Shown: positions 1 through 9,869, numbered from the stretch's first letter. The stretch: DNA of 64,000 bases from a virus (IMGVR_UViG_3300033417_000005:1-64000); one strand, 5' to 3'. Translations and numbers: made by a program. Notes: generated by a model not told the origin, from the letters alone.

Positions 1-5
1 GCCTC

Positions 6-2780
6 TTGGCTCTTGAAACCGGAGGCAATCTCGCTACGCTGGCCGGTACGGTCGGGGGCACGGAACTGCAAGTAGATATCGTGGCCGTGACGCCGGACCT
101 GATGCTCGGGACTGATTTCAGCAGTGTACTAGGCACGTCCTCCCTAGTGCTGGCTACGCAGGCGGACGACGTGGCGAATACGTCCGACGGTTTGCAGACG
201 ACTAGTTTCGGCTACATGTTTGACGGGACCACGTGGGACCGGGTACGAGGCACTAGCGTCGACGGATTGCTAGTCAACCTCGGCGCGAATAACGACGTTA
301 CCGTGACGGGCTCCGTGACGGCCAATGCGGGGACAAACCTCAACACTAGTCTCCTTGCGCTTGAGGGCGGCGGTAACTTGGCTACGGTCGCGGGCGCGGT
401 GGCGGGAACGGAAATGCAAGTCGACGTCGTGGCGGCGCTTCCGGCTGGCACCAACAACATCGGGGACGTCGACGTGCTGTCGGTTATTCCTGGTACGGGC
501 GCGACGAATCTCGGCAAGGCAGAGGACGGCCCGCACACTTCCGGCGACGTGGGCGTGATGTCGCTTGCGGTGCGGAATGATGCTGGCACTACTCTGGCAG
601 GCCTCGACGGGGATTATGCGCCATTGAGCGTCAATAGCGCGGGCGCGCTCTACGTTACGGGCGGCGGGGGCGGAACAGAGTATGTGGAAGACGACGCGGC
701 ACCCGCAAACCCGACCGCGGCGGCGCTGTCGCTCGTGCGGCAAGACACTCCGGCCGGCCTCACGACTCTCGACGGCGACATCGTGACTGCTCGGGGCACC
801 AATTTTGGCGCAATGTTCTGTCAGGTCATCGACTCGGCTGGCAACTTCATCGATACGTTTGGTGGCAGCGGCGGCACGGCGCAGGCTGATGAATCGTCGT
901 TTACCGAAGGCACGACTTCCATGACTCCCGTCGGCGGAGTCTTTAACGAAACGATTGTCAGTAACCCAACCGAAGATCAAGCAGCCGCCGTGCGTATCAC
1001 GGAGTTTCGGGCATTTCACGTCAACTGCCGCGACTTGTTAGGCAACCAAGCAATTGTACCGGGAACTAACAGCAATCACCTAGGGAAGCTGGAAGACGGA
1101 GTATCGACCAGCGGCGCGACGGGAGTCTTAGCTCTAGTGGTACGGAACGACACACCGGGTACGCTGGTCAGCACGGACGGCGACTATGCTGCGGTGCAAC
1201 AGAACGCAACGGGCGCGCTTTACGTCGACGGGAGTAACTCGACTCAGCCTGTGAGCGGAACCGTGACGGCCAACGCCGGAACGGATCTCAACACTAGTCT
1301 GCTGGCGCTCGAAGGTGGCGGCAATCTCGCGACGATTGCGGGCGCGGTAGCGGGTACGGAAATGCAAGTAGACGTAATTGCGTCATTGCCGGCCGGGACG
1401 AACAATATCGGCGACGTTGACGTGTTGTCGGTCGTGCCCGGGACTGCTGCAACCAATCTCGGTAAGGCTATTGATTCGGCCGCGGGCGCAACCGATACGG
1501 GAGTTGCGTTGCTGGCAATCCGTGACGACGCGTTGACGACCCTGACGCCAATTGACGGAGACTATGTGCCGATACGCGTCAACTCGACTGGAGAGTTGCA
1601 CGTGACAGGTGGCGGCGGCGGGACGGAATACAACGAAGACGACGCGACACCAGCCACAATCGTAGGCGCCGCGACGTTGATGGAACGTGACGACGTACTC
1701 GCGGCCGTGACACCGATAGAAGGCGACTGGATCGCGTTTCGTGGTACGGCTGAGGGGGCGTTGTGGACGCAGGATTTCAACAGCGACGCGATTCTGGCCG
1801 ACACCAGCACAATTGCCGGAGCGGTGAGCGGGACAGAGATGCAAGTTGACGTCGTGGCAGCCTTACCGGCGGGGACAAACAATATCGGCGACGTCGACGT
1901 TCTGACTTTCCCGGCAACGGTTCATTCCGAGGATTTCGACACCGGAGCCGGGACCGACACCACGTTGGCGTTCGGGATTGCGGTCCCGGCGTCGGGCGGG
2001 GCGGTCGTGGTGCCGGGGAGCGCGGCGGGCGGTCTGAAAGTCGATCTCGGCGCTGACAACGACGTGACGATTACGGGTACGGTGACCATTACGGACGATG
2101 GCGCGTTTAATCTAGCGGCCAACGATGGCGTGGACATTGGCGACGTCACCCTCAACAACGGATTTGCGGGCGTGACTGGTGGCGGGGTGGAGGCGACGGC
2201 ACTGCGGGTAACGCTGGCGAGCGATTCCACCGGGCTGGTAAGCGTTGATGATAACGGTGGATCGTTGACGGTCGATCAGGCGACGGCTAGCCTCTTTAAT
2301 GCGCAGGTTGTTGGCGACGTTGCGCACGACGCTGCCGATGCGGGCAATCCGGTTAAGATCGGAGGACGTGCGACAAATGCGGAAATCACCGCACTGGCGA
2401 ATAACGATCGGTCGGACCTGCTGACTGACCTCGTGGGCAAATTGATTGTACGACCGCACGCGCCGCCTGAGTTGACCCTGAACGGGGTGGCGAGCGCAAC
2501 CGGCACGGCCGATACGTCGGTGATTGCCGCGCAGGGGGCGGGGATACGAATCTACGTCACGTCGATTAGCATCGCGAATAGCAGCGCGACGACGGGTACG
2601 ATCGTGGAGATTAAGGACGGCACGACGGTGATTTGGCGTACGATTGCGCGCGCCGAAGGTGGTTCCAACATCACGTTCGATCCGCCGTTGCGATTGACGG
2701 CTAACACGATTCTCAACATGGCTGCGCTGACGGCGGCCACGACTGTTTATTTTTCAGCACACGGTTATTCGGGAGCATAA
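6..2780 (+). CDS. Large repetitive virion decoration/fibre-like protein, 5'-truncated by window edge
   Basis: Frame open from window start. Recurrent blocks NLNTSLLALEGGGNLAT, TEMQVDVVAALPAGTNNIGDVDVL and TNLGKAED; beta-sandwich-like C-terminus; lies ahead of neck genes. Confidence 0.7.
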   Translation: MALETGGNLATLAGTVGGTELQVDIVAVTPDLMLGTDFSSVLGTSSLVLATQADDVANTSDGLQTTSFGYMFDGTTWDRVRGTSVDGLLVNLGANNDVTVTGSVTANAGTNLNTSLLALEGGGNLATVAGAVAGTEMQVDVVAALPAGTNNIGDVDVLSVIPGTGATNLGKAEDGPHTSGDVGVMSLAVRNDAGTTLAGLDGDYAPLSVNSAGALYVTGGGGGTEYVEDDAAPANPTAAALSLVRQDTPAGLTTLDGDIVTARGTNFGAMFCQVIDSAGNFIDTFGGSGGTAQADESSFTEGTTSMTPVGGVFNETIVSNPTEDQAAAVRITEFRAFHVNCRDLLGNQAIVPGTNSNHLGKLEDGVSTSGATGVLALVVRNDTPGTLVSTDGDYAAVQQNATGALYVDGSNSTQPVSGTVTANAGTDLNTSLLALEGGGNLATIAGAVAGTEMQVDVIASLPAGTNNIGDVDVLSVVPGTAATNLGKAIDSAAGATDTGVALLAIRDDALTTLTPIDGDYVPIRVNSTGELHVTGGGGGTEYNEDDATPATIVGAATLMERDDVLAAVTPIEGDWIAFRGTAEGALWTQDFNSDAILADTSTIAGAVSGTEMQVDVVAALPAGTNNIGDVDVLTFPATVHSEDFDTGAGTDTTLAFGIAVPASGGAVVVPGSAAGGLKVDLGADNDVTITGTVTITDDGAFNLAANDGVDIGDVTLNNGFAGVTGGGVEATALRVTLASDSTGLVSVDDNGGSLTVDQATASLFNAQVVGDVAHDAADAGNPVKIGGRATNAEITALANNDRSDLLTDLVGKLIVRPHAPPELTLNGVASATGTADTSVIAAQGAGIRIYVTSISIANSSATTGTIVEIKDGTTVIWRTIARAEGGSNITFDPPLRLTANTILNMAALTAATTVYFSAHGYSGA

Positions 2781-2781
2781 C

Positions 2782-3033
2782 ATGGCCGCCTTGACCGCAG
2801 CACAATTGGCCGAATTGCGTCGAAACATTCAGGCGGAATGGACTACTCCCATTGACTTTGGCAAGCCTACAGCCAATGCGGCTCTTCAGGCAATTGAGGA
2901 CTGGTACGAAGGACAACGTACGGTGGTGAATGGACTGGTTAATACCGCCACGGCCCCGAAAGTCTTCACCGGGGCCGAGAAGAAACTAATAGCCAAACAT
3001 TTTTTAGCTTGGAAGTTCAAGCAAGGCGGATAG
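2782..3033 (+). CDS. Hypothetical virion-module protein
   Basis: 83 aa, tightly packed in the operon. Confidence 0.7.
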   Translation: MAALTAAQLAELRRNIQAEWTTPIDFGKPTANAALQAIEDWYEGQRTVVNGLVNTATAPKVFTGAEKKLIAKHFLAWKFKQGG

Positions 3034-3036
3034 CTT

Positions 3037-3549
3037 ATGGCTACTTTTAGATTGCCGATTCTGGGTTGGGCCACCGCGCCCGACACTAGCGGCAACGTGT
3101 TTTTCGAGCCGTTTAGCATCAAGGCCACAAACGACTTGTGGGGTTCTCAACTGGTCTGCGTGTTCAACGATACGGCAACACGGATCGGCCTGGAGGGGCG
3201 GTTTGCCGTACCGAAGAACTACGTTGGCAGCCCGGCGGTTGTCGTGGTGTGGAGCTCTACGGGCACGGGCGCATTCGACGTCGAGTGGGACTTCGACTAC
3301 CAGGCCGTCGGGGGCGACGACGCGGAAAGTCTGGACCAGACCCCCGCTCAAGAGACAGTCAACGTAAACGACACCGCCCCCAGCGCAATTTGGGAACGGA
3401 TGGAGGCGAGTCTTAGCCTGACGGCGGGCAATTTCGCGGTTGACGATACGGTGTTGTTTGAGTTATTCCGGGACGGGACCGATGCAGGCGACACGATCGC
3501 GGCTGCGGTGGTGCTGTTCGAGCTGTTTTTCCAATACGCGGACGCTTGA
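3037..3549 (+). CDS. Hypothetical beta-rich virion protein
   Basis: 170 aa, 3-nt gaps to both neighbours. Confidence 0.7.
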   Translation: MATFRLPILGWATAPDTSGNVFFEPFSIKATNDLWGSQLVCVFNDTATRIGLEGRFAVPKNYVGSPAVVVVWSSTGTGAFDVEWDFDYQAVGGDDAESLDQTPAQETVNVNDTAPSAIWERMEASLSLTAGNFAVDDTVLFELFRDGTDAGDTIAAAVVLFELFFQYADA

Positions 3550-3552
3550 GTC

Positions 3553-4341
3553 ATGCCTCTGAATTACGCTGACGGTGTTGCGGCCCGGGTCGATCTAGGA
3601 AGCGGTTCGGATATCGACAGCCCGAATCTGCCGGTCCTGACGTGCATGATTTGGTTTTACCCGACGGTTGTCGCCACGTCGCCGACTCAAGTGCTGTGGG
3701 GCAAGAACACGACAAGCTTTGTGGACGGATTTCATTGTACGATCAATCAAGGGTCGATAAGCGGAAACATACAGATCCAGCGAAAGGGAGCTTCCGATAC
3801 CAGGTTCCAAGCCGTGACCGGAACAGTGATTCAAGACCAGTGGAATTTCGTCGCTGGCGTGTATCACGCTATCGATACAAATCCGGGCGGCGCAATCTAC
3901 AAGGGCAGCCTCACGGCCGCCGCGACGGAGCCAAGTTACGCTGTTCAAAACAGCGCGGTTACGAGTTTCAATAACGATTCAGCCGTCCCGCTCTATATTG
4001 GAAATACCAACGGGAACACGGCGCTCGAATTCCGCGGCGACATTGCGGCGTTCGCGATTATCGACCGGGATTTGACACTTGCGGAAGTGGTGGACTGGCA
4101 GTTTCGGCCTCGCGTTATCCCCGGCACGCTGGGGTACTACCGGCTCGGGGCCAACGGGACAGGCACGCAGCCCGATTGGAGCGGGAACGGGCGGGGCGGA
4201 ACCGTGACAGGTGCGACGCTTAGCTCACGTGGAGGCCCGCTGGGACCGTGGTTCGGATATGACGTTGGATTGCAAACCGGGGCCGCCGCTGCGCCGCCCG
4301 CGACGCCGTTCGACATGCTGCCGATGATGGGGGTTGGATAA
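3553..4341 (+). CDS. LamG/concanavalin A-like lectin domain protein
   Basis: LamG-type motifs TCMIWFYP, QWNFVAGVY, LYIGN, FRGDIAAFAIIDRDLTLAEV. Confidence 0.75.
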   Translation: MPLNYADGVAARVDLGSGSDIDSPNLPVLTCMIWFYPTVVATSPTQVLWGKNTTSFVDGFHCTINQGSISGNIQIQRKGASDTRFQAVTGTVIQDQWNFVAGVYHAIDTNPGGAIYKGSLTAAATEPSYAVQNSAVTSFNNDSAVPLYIGNTNGNTALEFRGDIAAFAIIDRDLTLAEVVDWQFRPRVIPGTLGYYRLGANGTGTQPDWSGNGRGGTVTGATLSSRGGPLGPWFGYDVGLQTGAAAAPPATPFDMLPMMGVG

Positions 4342-4373
4342 GAATAAATCTTATCACCTATGGAGGATAGGTG
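4336..4373 (+). promoter_or_regulatory. GGA-loop hairpin occluding an RBS (candidate CsrA site)
   Basis: Stem CACCTAT/ATAGGTG with loop GGAGG. 4336-4367 is 30/32 identical to 33969-34000 upstream of csrA. Confidence 0.55.
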
Positions 4374-4377
4374 CAAT

Positions 4378-4524
4378 ATGTTTCATCCGATGTTTTGGTA
4401 TTACTACCTGTTCGGCGAAAGTGCTTTAGACGTAAAGGTGATAGAAATCGACAGCTGTATTTTCTTAGTAGCTTCTCGGAACGCTTGTACTCAGCGGGTA
4501 GTAGAAATAGATAGCTGTATTTAG
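4378..4524 (+). CDS. Small 48-aa ORF absent from the ORF track
   Basis: ATG at 4378 after GGAGG, TAG at 4522-4524: MFHPMFWYYYLFGESALDVKVIEIDSCIFLVASRNACTQRVVEIDSCI. Confidence 0.55.
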   Translation: MFHPMFWYYYLFGESALDVKVIEIDSCIFLVASRNACTQRVVEIDSCI

Positions 4525-4546
4525 CACCTGGATTTGAGAATCCATA

Positions 4547-4927
4547 ATGCCCTCAATAGAAACAGACTGCCGATTTCAGAAAGCCCTTTTATGGGAGTCG
4601 GCGGAAACGTACGATCGCAAGGGCAACGCCAAGGTGAGTGCAGCCGTGGAACTGGACGTACGATGGGAAAACAAGAGACAAGACATATTGGACCCCGAAG
4701 GCAACACAATCTCCACGGACGCTACGGTGGTCGTAGACCGTGTGATAGCCGTTGGAAGCGTGATGTGGCAAGGCGGTGCGGCCGACGTGCCTGGAACCAG
4801 TGGAATTCCTCCGGGAGACTTTTTGTACGTCGCCGTATTTACCGACATTCCGGATGTCAAAGGAATCGAGCATAGAAGGCGAGTCTTCCTAGTGCGCTCC
4901 ACGGATACGCTGCCTGAAATCGAATAA
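4547..4927 (+). CDS. Head closure/head-tail adaptor protein
   Basis: 126 aa, beta-rich, canonical position before the neck gene. Confidence 0.65.
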   Translation: MPSIETDCRFQKALLWESAETYDRKGNAKVSAAVELDVRWENKRQDILDPEGNTISTDATVVVDRVIAVGSVMWQGGAADVPGTSGIPPGDFLYVAVFTDIPDVKGIEHRRRVFLVRSTDTLPEIE

Positions 4928-4970
4928 CATGGAAACGTATAGAGGTTAGATCCAGGGTTTTCGGAGCAAG

Positions 4971-5285
4971 ATGGAAGGGAGAGACGTTATCATCACAAAC
5001 ACAAGCAATAATGGTCTTCAAGTCATCAGCAAGTGGGTTCTCGGGGTCGCTGGAGTGCTGTTGACTACGTATATGATCGCGGCGGTCACCATTTGGGTTT
5101 CTATGGCTCGGGACATGGCGAGCATAAAAAGTGAATTGAATCAGCTTTCGAGTTATATTCCCTTGATAAGAGAAAGTGATAGAGGGCTGATACGGAGTCA
5201 GGGAAGCATCGAAGCGATACAGGCTGCCTTAGTAAGGATCGATACTAGACTGGCGGAGATTGAAAGGAAACTGGAAAAACCATGA
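4971..5285 (+). CDS. Single-TM plus coiled-coil protein (holin/spanin-like candidate)
   Basis: Hydrophobic WVLGVAGVLLTTYMIAAVTIWV followed by heptads. Confidence 0.5.
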   Translation: MEGRDVIITNTSNNGLQVISKWVLGVAGVLLTTYMIAAVTIWVSMARDMASIKSELNQLSSYIPLIRESDRGLIRSQGSIEAIQAALVRIDTRLAEIERKLEKP

Positions 5286-5695
5286 GCATTGAAGTAGCAG
5301 GCGTACAAAGACTCACCGGGCAGCTTCAAAAGCTGAAGAAACGCTACGGCACGAAATCTCGATACAAGGTAACCGTGGGCTACAGCGCCCCCCACGCCGT
5401 GTTCGTACATGAAAACTTGGAGATGAAGCTGGCGGGGATTCCACGACCGAGCGGTAGAGGAGTATACTGGGGTCGTCCACGCGCGCCGGGACGCAGCAAG
5501 TTTTTAGAAAGTGCGAATCGTGATCGTAGGGTACGAGCGGAAATACGAGAGAGGATTGCGAGTGTCACTAGGAATACAAGGAGCCTAGTACGCGGATTGA
5601 GGGCGGGTGGAATCATACTTCGTGACGCAAGTAATAAACGAGTGCCGGTCGAGTTTGGTGACCTCAAGAGCAGCGCGTTTATAAAGGTGGAGTAA
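5282..5695 (+). CDS. HK97 gp10-like neck/tail completion protein
   Basis: VGYSAPHAVFVHE and KFLE motifs; basic; position. Confidence 0.7.
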   Translation: MSIEVAGVQRLTGQLQKLKKRYGTKSRYKVTVGYSAPHAVFVHENLEMKLAGIPRPSGRGVYWGRPRAPGRSKFLESANRDRRVRAEIRERIASVTRNTRSLVRGLRAGGIILRDASNKRVPVEFGDLKSSAFIKVE

Positions 5696-6144
5696 TGCCT
5701 GGAACTCTGACTCACGCGCCGGAATACATCCTCAGCCGCCTGCTGACATCCCTCGGTTTGGCGCAGGATCCAGACGTGGGCATTACAGCTTGGCCGGTGT
5801 ACTACAGTCAAGAACCAGATCTGCCGGACCGTACAATTACCATCTACGGTACGGACGGAATTGACGACGGCCGGACTATGGTGGACGGGGAGAGGCAAGG
5901 CAGGCATGGGATCCAGCTACGAGTACGAAGTGAGGACTATGACGTGGGGTTCGGCAAAGTGATGGAGCTGGCGATAGCCCTAGACGAGACCGTATACGGC
6001 AATACGGTAGCTGTCGGCGCTGTCACGTATCGCGTACACTCATTTGGTAGAACCAGCGGTCCTATCAGCTTAGGCAAAGATTCCCCAGAAACGAAACGTG
6101 AATTGTTTACACTGAACGGGACGTTGCTCGTTCGCGAAGTGTAA
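5695..6144 (+). CDS. Tail terminator (minor capsid-like) protein
   Basis: EPDLPDRTITIYGT and IQLRVRS patterns; immediately before tail tube. Confidence 0.7.
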   Translation: MPGTLTHAPEYILSRLLTSLGLAQDPDVGITAWPVYYSQEPDLPDRTITIYGTDGIDDGRTMVDGERQGRHGIQLRVRSEDYDVGFGKVMELAIALDETVYGNTVAVGAVTYRVHSFGRTSGPISLGKDSPETKRELFTLNGTLLVREV

Positions 6145-6182
6145 GAGTATAGAAAAGTGATCTTTAACGAGGAGAAAGAATT

Positions 6183-6668
6183 ATGGGCAGCCCTCCAGCA
6201 CCAGCCACAATTTCTTCAAGACTTCCTTTAGGCATCAAGTATGACGACGGGTTTCGTACCCTCATCATCTTCAACGCCAACCCTACCGTCAGCCTTTGGG
6301 AAAAGGTGGTGAAGCCTCCGGGTCTGGAAGGAGGTGATCCGATCGAGACGACCACGATGCACAATATCGCACTGCGTACGTTCGCGCCTCGGCAACTGAA
6401 GACAATGACCAACAGCACGATGACCTGCGCCTATGAGGAGCGAGTGTTTACGCAGTTGTTGGCGCTCATCGACGTGGAGACCACGGTAACTATTGTGTTC
6501 CCAGACGACGCCACCATTGCTTTCTATGGCTTCCTTCAAACCTTTGACCCTCAAGACAACGAGGAAGGAACCCAGCCCGTGGCAAGCTGTGTGATCGTAC
6601 CAACGAATCAGGATCCGGTGGATGGGACCGAACAGAACTTTGTATTGACGGCTAATGTTGGTTCGTAA
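6183..6668 (+). CDS. Major tail tube protein
   Basis: 161 aa; DPIETTTM and FYGFL motifs; upstream of chaperone and tape measure. Confidence 0.75.
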   Translation: MGSPPAPATISSRLPLGIKYDDGFRTLIIFNANPTVSLWEKVVKPPGLEGGDPIETTTMHNIALRTFAPRQLKTMTNSTMTCAYEERVFTQLLALIDVETTVTIVFPDDATIAFYGFLQTFDPQDNEEGTQPVASCVIVPTNQDPVDGTEQNFVLTANVGS

Positions 6669-6698
6669 ATACCCTAAACTGCCTAGCCTGCTGTAATA

Positions 6699-6733
6699 GC
6701 CCGGCCAACCGCTTGCGCCTGTGGTTGGCGGGC
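6699..6733 (+). terminator. Stem-loop after tail tube gene
   Basis: GCCCG-GCCAACC ... GGTTGGC-GGGC inverted repeat; no strong U-tract. Confidence 0.4.
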
Positions 6734-6907
6734 TAAGGTTTAACCCCTTATTTCAGGAGCCCTCAGCCGATGCTCAGCCGCGTTTTGCCTAGTTTACCAG
6801 CAACCATGCCAAAACCGTGCCAACGCTGTGAGCGGGCCGCTGAGGGGCCTTAAATTAAATACCCCCTATTTGTGTAGTTATTACCCAATCGCTTAAGGAG
6901 CCCATTT

Positions 6908-7426
6908 ATGAACGAGACCAACGGAGCCGTAACCGACGCCATGGTGTTCGAGAGCCTGGAGCTGATCCAGGTGGCGGTGAACATCGGGGAAGAAAAGTAC
7001 GTATTGCAAGAGGCGAGTGAAGAAGTCGCCACGGCTTACCAAATTGCCATGATGCGTGGAATGCAAGTGGTGGACGGCAAGGTGCGTGGAACCTTGGCTG
7101 GTCTAGCCGACGCTCAAAGCCTGCTGCTGAGCCGTTGCATTCTTCAATATGGAGTGGACGGGATGCTGTATGCCGTTGAGCGGAATCTGATACGGAGATG
7201 GCCGAGCCGTATTGTGAAGAGACTGTTCGAGAGGCTTACTAAGATCAGTGAAATTGATCAAGAAGGGGATACGGTGAAGCTGGTGCTGCAAAGAGTGCTG
7301 GAAGCCATGGAAGAAGACGACACGGAAGGAAAGGAAGTGGTGCAGACCGCGTTCAATCGTTTCACGAGCACCTTGGAGAACAAACTAAAAAACGCACCAG
7401 TCGGTACACTGGAGGGTTCCGCGTAG
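6908..7426 (+). CDS. Tail assembly chaperone (lambda gpG analogue)
   Basis: Between tube and tape measure; carries a slippery site near its 3' end. Confidence 0.8.
   Translation: MNETNGAVTDAMVFESLELIQVAVNIGEEKYVLQEASEEVATAYQIAMMRGMQVVDGKVRGTLAGLADAQSLLLSRCILQYGVDGMLYAVERNLIRRWPSRIVKRLFERLTKISEIDQEGDTVKLVLQRVLEAMEEDDTEGKEVVQTAFNRFTSTLENKLKNAPVGTLEGSA
7387..7393 (+). promoter_or_regulatory. -1 programmed ribosomal frameshift site A AAA AAC
   Basis: In-frame CTA AAA AAC; the -1 frame is open from here through ORF 7477-7809. Confidence 0.85.
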
Positions 7427-7809
7427 CCAAGACCCTCAAGAAGACTCTCGGTGAGCTGTATGGCTGGCCCCATGTCATGACTCACCGGGAGTTTCTTACT
7501 TGGGAAGAGTGGCTGCGGCAAGAATGGGATCAGCCCTCGCGGACGGACCATTACTTAATGCGTATTGCCATGGAGGTTGCTTGCGTGCTTGCGAAGAATC
7601 CAAAGAAGATCACCATGGATCAGTTCAAGATTCCTTTTGACAAGCCCAGTTCCAAAGGACGTGACATAGCTTCGCTAGAACCGAAGATCAAGATGACAAA
7701 AGAACAAGCGGCCTATGTTGCCAAGCGAATGTGGGCAGGTCGCCTCGGCGTTCCTCTTGAAAAGTTAAACATCATTCCAAAGGACGTTACAATGCTGCGC
7801 AAGGAATAA
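7393..7809 (+). CDS. Frameshift extension of tail chaperone (gpGT analogue)
   Basis: The -1 frame reads RTSRYTGGFRVAKTLKKTLGELYGWPHVMTHREFLTWEEW, a GT-like pattern. Confidence 0.8.
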   Translation, partial: RTSRYTGGFRVAKTLKKTLGELYGWPHVMTHREFLTWEEWLRQEWDQPSRTDHYLMRIAMEVACVLAKNPKKITMDQFKIPFDKPSSKGRDIASLEPKIKMTKEQAAYVAKRMWAGRLGVPLEKLNIIPKDVTMLRKE

Positions 7810-7813
7810 TCTC

Positions 7814-9865
7814 ATGGCGTTCGGAATCGTACAACTCGAATCCTTGGTGGTCAAACTTCTCGGCGACACCGTGGGACTTACCAAGGCTCTAAGCAACGGG
7901 CAAGCGCAGGTAAGCGCCGCTGCGAAAAAGATGGAGGCGGTAGGCGACAGACTTGCCGGTATCAGTACTCGCCTGACCCTAGGAGTAACCGCTCCTCTAA
8001 CCGCTCTCGGCGTGCTGCTGGCTAAGGCGGCGAGTGATGCGGTAGAGGTTACCAACAAGTTCGACGTTAGCTTTCAGGGAATAACTGATAGAGCGAGAGA
8101 TTTAGCGACGGAGCTTGATGAATCTTACGGACTAAGCAGGGTAAGTGCTGAGAAACTTCTAGGAACTACGGGTGACCTTTTGATAGGTTTCGGATTTACT
8201 CGTGAAGCCGCCTTGGACCTAAGTTTCGACGTTCAAAAACTTGCGGTGGACTTGGCCAGCTATACGAATATCGAGGGTGGGGCGGTGGCAGCAAGCCAAA
8301 AGCTGACGCGAGGTTTGTTGGGTGAACGTGAGGCGCTAAAAAGTCTGGACATCGCCATTCTAGAATCTCAAGTAAAGCAACGAGTGGCGACTAATGCGGC
8401 GAATGGACTGACTTTTGCCAGCGACCGGCAAGCGAGAGTGATGGCTACGCTGCAACTCTCCACGGAGCAAAGTCGCAATGCGATAGGAGACTGGGAACGT
8501 ACGAGCCATACCACGGCGAATCAGGCGAGGGAACTGGGGCAAGACCTTGAAGATTTAAGGGTGGAGTTCGGACGGGAGCTGCTGCCCATTATGGCTAAAG
8601 TGCTAAAGAGGGGGAGAGAGTTAACAGCATCATTTAGAGGGCTAAGTACCGGCGCGAAACAGACAATTTTCGCCATCGGGGGGGTTGCAGCCTCACTAGG
8701 ATTGATCGCCGCGGCTACAACGACGGTTATAAGAGCAACTCAAGGCGTTAGGGCTTTCGCTCTTGGGATCGTTTTCCTTGTGAACAAGGTTCTGGCCGCG
8801 GATGTTGCGCTCACGACTTTCAATGGTCTTTTGACGGCGACCGGGGTTACCAGTAAAGCAGCCCTTGCCGGAATCTTAGCGATGCGCGCAGGCATTCTAG
8901 GTCTCGTTGCCGCTCTTTCAGCCTTTATAGGAAACCGGCTGGGAACGATTTTCACGGAATTCTTCGACCCTCAAATTAAGAGAGCTCGGGAACAGACGAG
9001 AAAACTGCTAGGGGAAGCTGCGGCGCTGCAAGCTCGGGTATTTCAGCGCGACGTGTCCGAACGCGGTCTGCCGTTTGCTCAGGCCCGACTTGCTGGACAG
9101 TTTAGGAGCACGGCGGAAGGCCTGAGGATGATGAAGGCCGGGCTGATCGAAGGGGCGGGAGCCGCGAAAGAGATGTCCAAGGAGCTGGAGGCTATCCTCA
9201 AAACGACGGATAAATTTATACGCGACGTTGTATTCTTTGACCTGACTCCAAGACAAAGACAAATTGCTGAACTCGAAGTGGCGGCTCTCTCGCTTCAAGA
9301 AGCCGAGCAGCGAAGAGCGTTTCAGGAGATTCGAATCCTCAAAGCGATGGATGCCGAGCTTACAAAGCTGGAGAGAAACAAGAAACTACGGGAGGAGATT
9401 CTACGAGCGCAGAAAATGGCGACGGAGGAGCAGGAGCGATTGAGAGAGGAGATGTTTGAGGAAGGAAAAGCCTTGGAAGAAAGCGTGTTTACTCCGGTAC
9501 AAAAATTCCAAGCGGAGGTCGCGAGGTTCTTGGAACTGTTTAAGGCCGGTGATCTTAGTAAGCAGGCGTTCGATAAACTGCTAGTCCGGTCACAGCGTGC
9601 TGCTTTCAGTGCTTTGCAAGGCAACGTCGTCACTACTCGGGCGGCCGCGGGTCGCGGTACGCTGGAAGCGCAGCAACGGCTGGAAGAGTTCAGGGCGCGT
9701 ACGAGCGTAGATCCGGCGCGAACGAAGGAAGGCAAAGACATTGAGGCAATCTCCAAGGAAACAAAATTGATACGGGGGCTTGTTGAAAGGTTTCGGGACA
9801 GGCCCGGACAGCCCCCTGTTATCGACATACCGATAGACCTTGAACTGGCTAACTTTAACGGATAA
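7814..9865 (+). CDS. Tape measure protein
   Basis: 683 aa, Ala/Leu-rich helical, directly after the G/GT pair. Confidence 0.9.
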   Translation: MAFGIVQLESLVVKLLGDTVGLTKALSNGQAQVSAAAKKMEAVGDRLAGISTRLTLGVTAPLTALGVLLAKAASDAVEVTNKFDVSFQGITDRARDLATELDESYGLSRVSAEKLLGTTGDLLIGFGFTREAALDLSFDVQKLAVDLASYTNIEGGAVAASQKLTRGLLGEREALKSLDIAILESQVKQRVATNAANGLTFASDRQARVMATLQLSTEQSRNAIGDWERTSHTTANQARELGQDLEDLRVEFGRELLPIMAKVLKRGRELTASFRGLSTGAKQTIFAIGGVAASLGLIAAATTTVIRATQGVRAFALGIVFLVNKVLAADVALTTFNGLLTATGVTSKAALAGILAMRAGILGLVAALSAFIGNRLGTIFTEFFDPQIKRAREQTRKLLGEAAALQARVFQRDVSERGLPFAQARLAGQFRSTAEGLRMMKAGLIEGAGAAKEMSKELEAILKTTDKFIRDVVFFDLTPRQRQIAELEVAALSLQEAEQRRAFQEIRILKAMDAELTKLERNKKLREEILRAQKMATEEQERLREEMFEEGKALEESVFTPVQKFQAEVARFLELFKAGDLSKQAFDKLLVRSQRAAFSALQGNVVTTRAAAGRGTLEAQQRLEEFRARTSVDPARTKEGKDIEAISKETKLIRGLVERFRDRPGQPPVIDIPIDLELANFNG

Positions 9866-9869
9866 ACTG

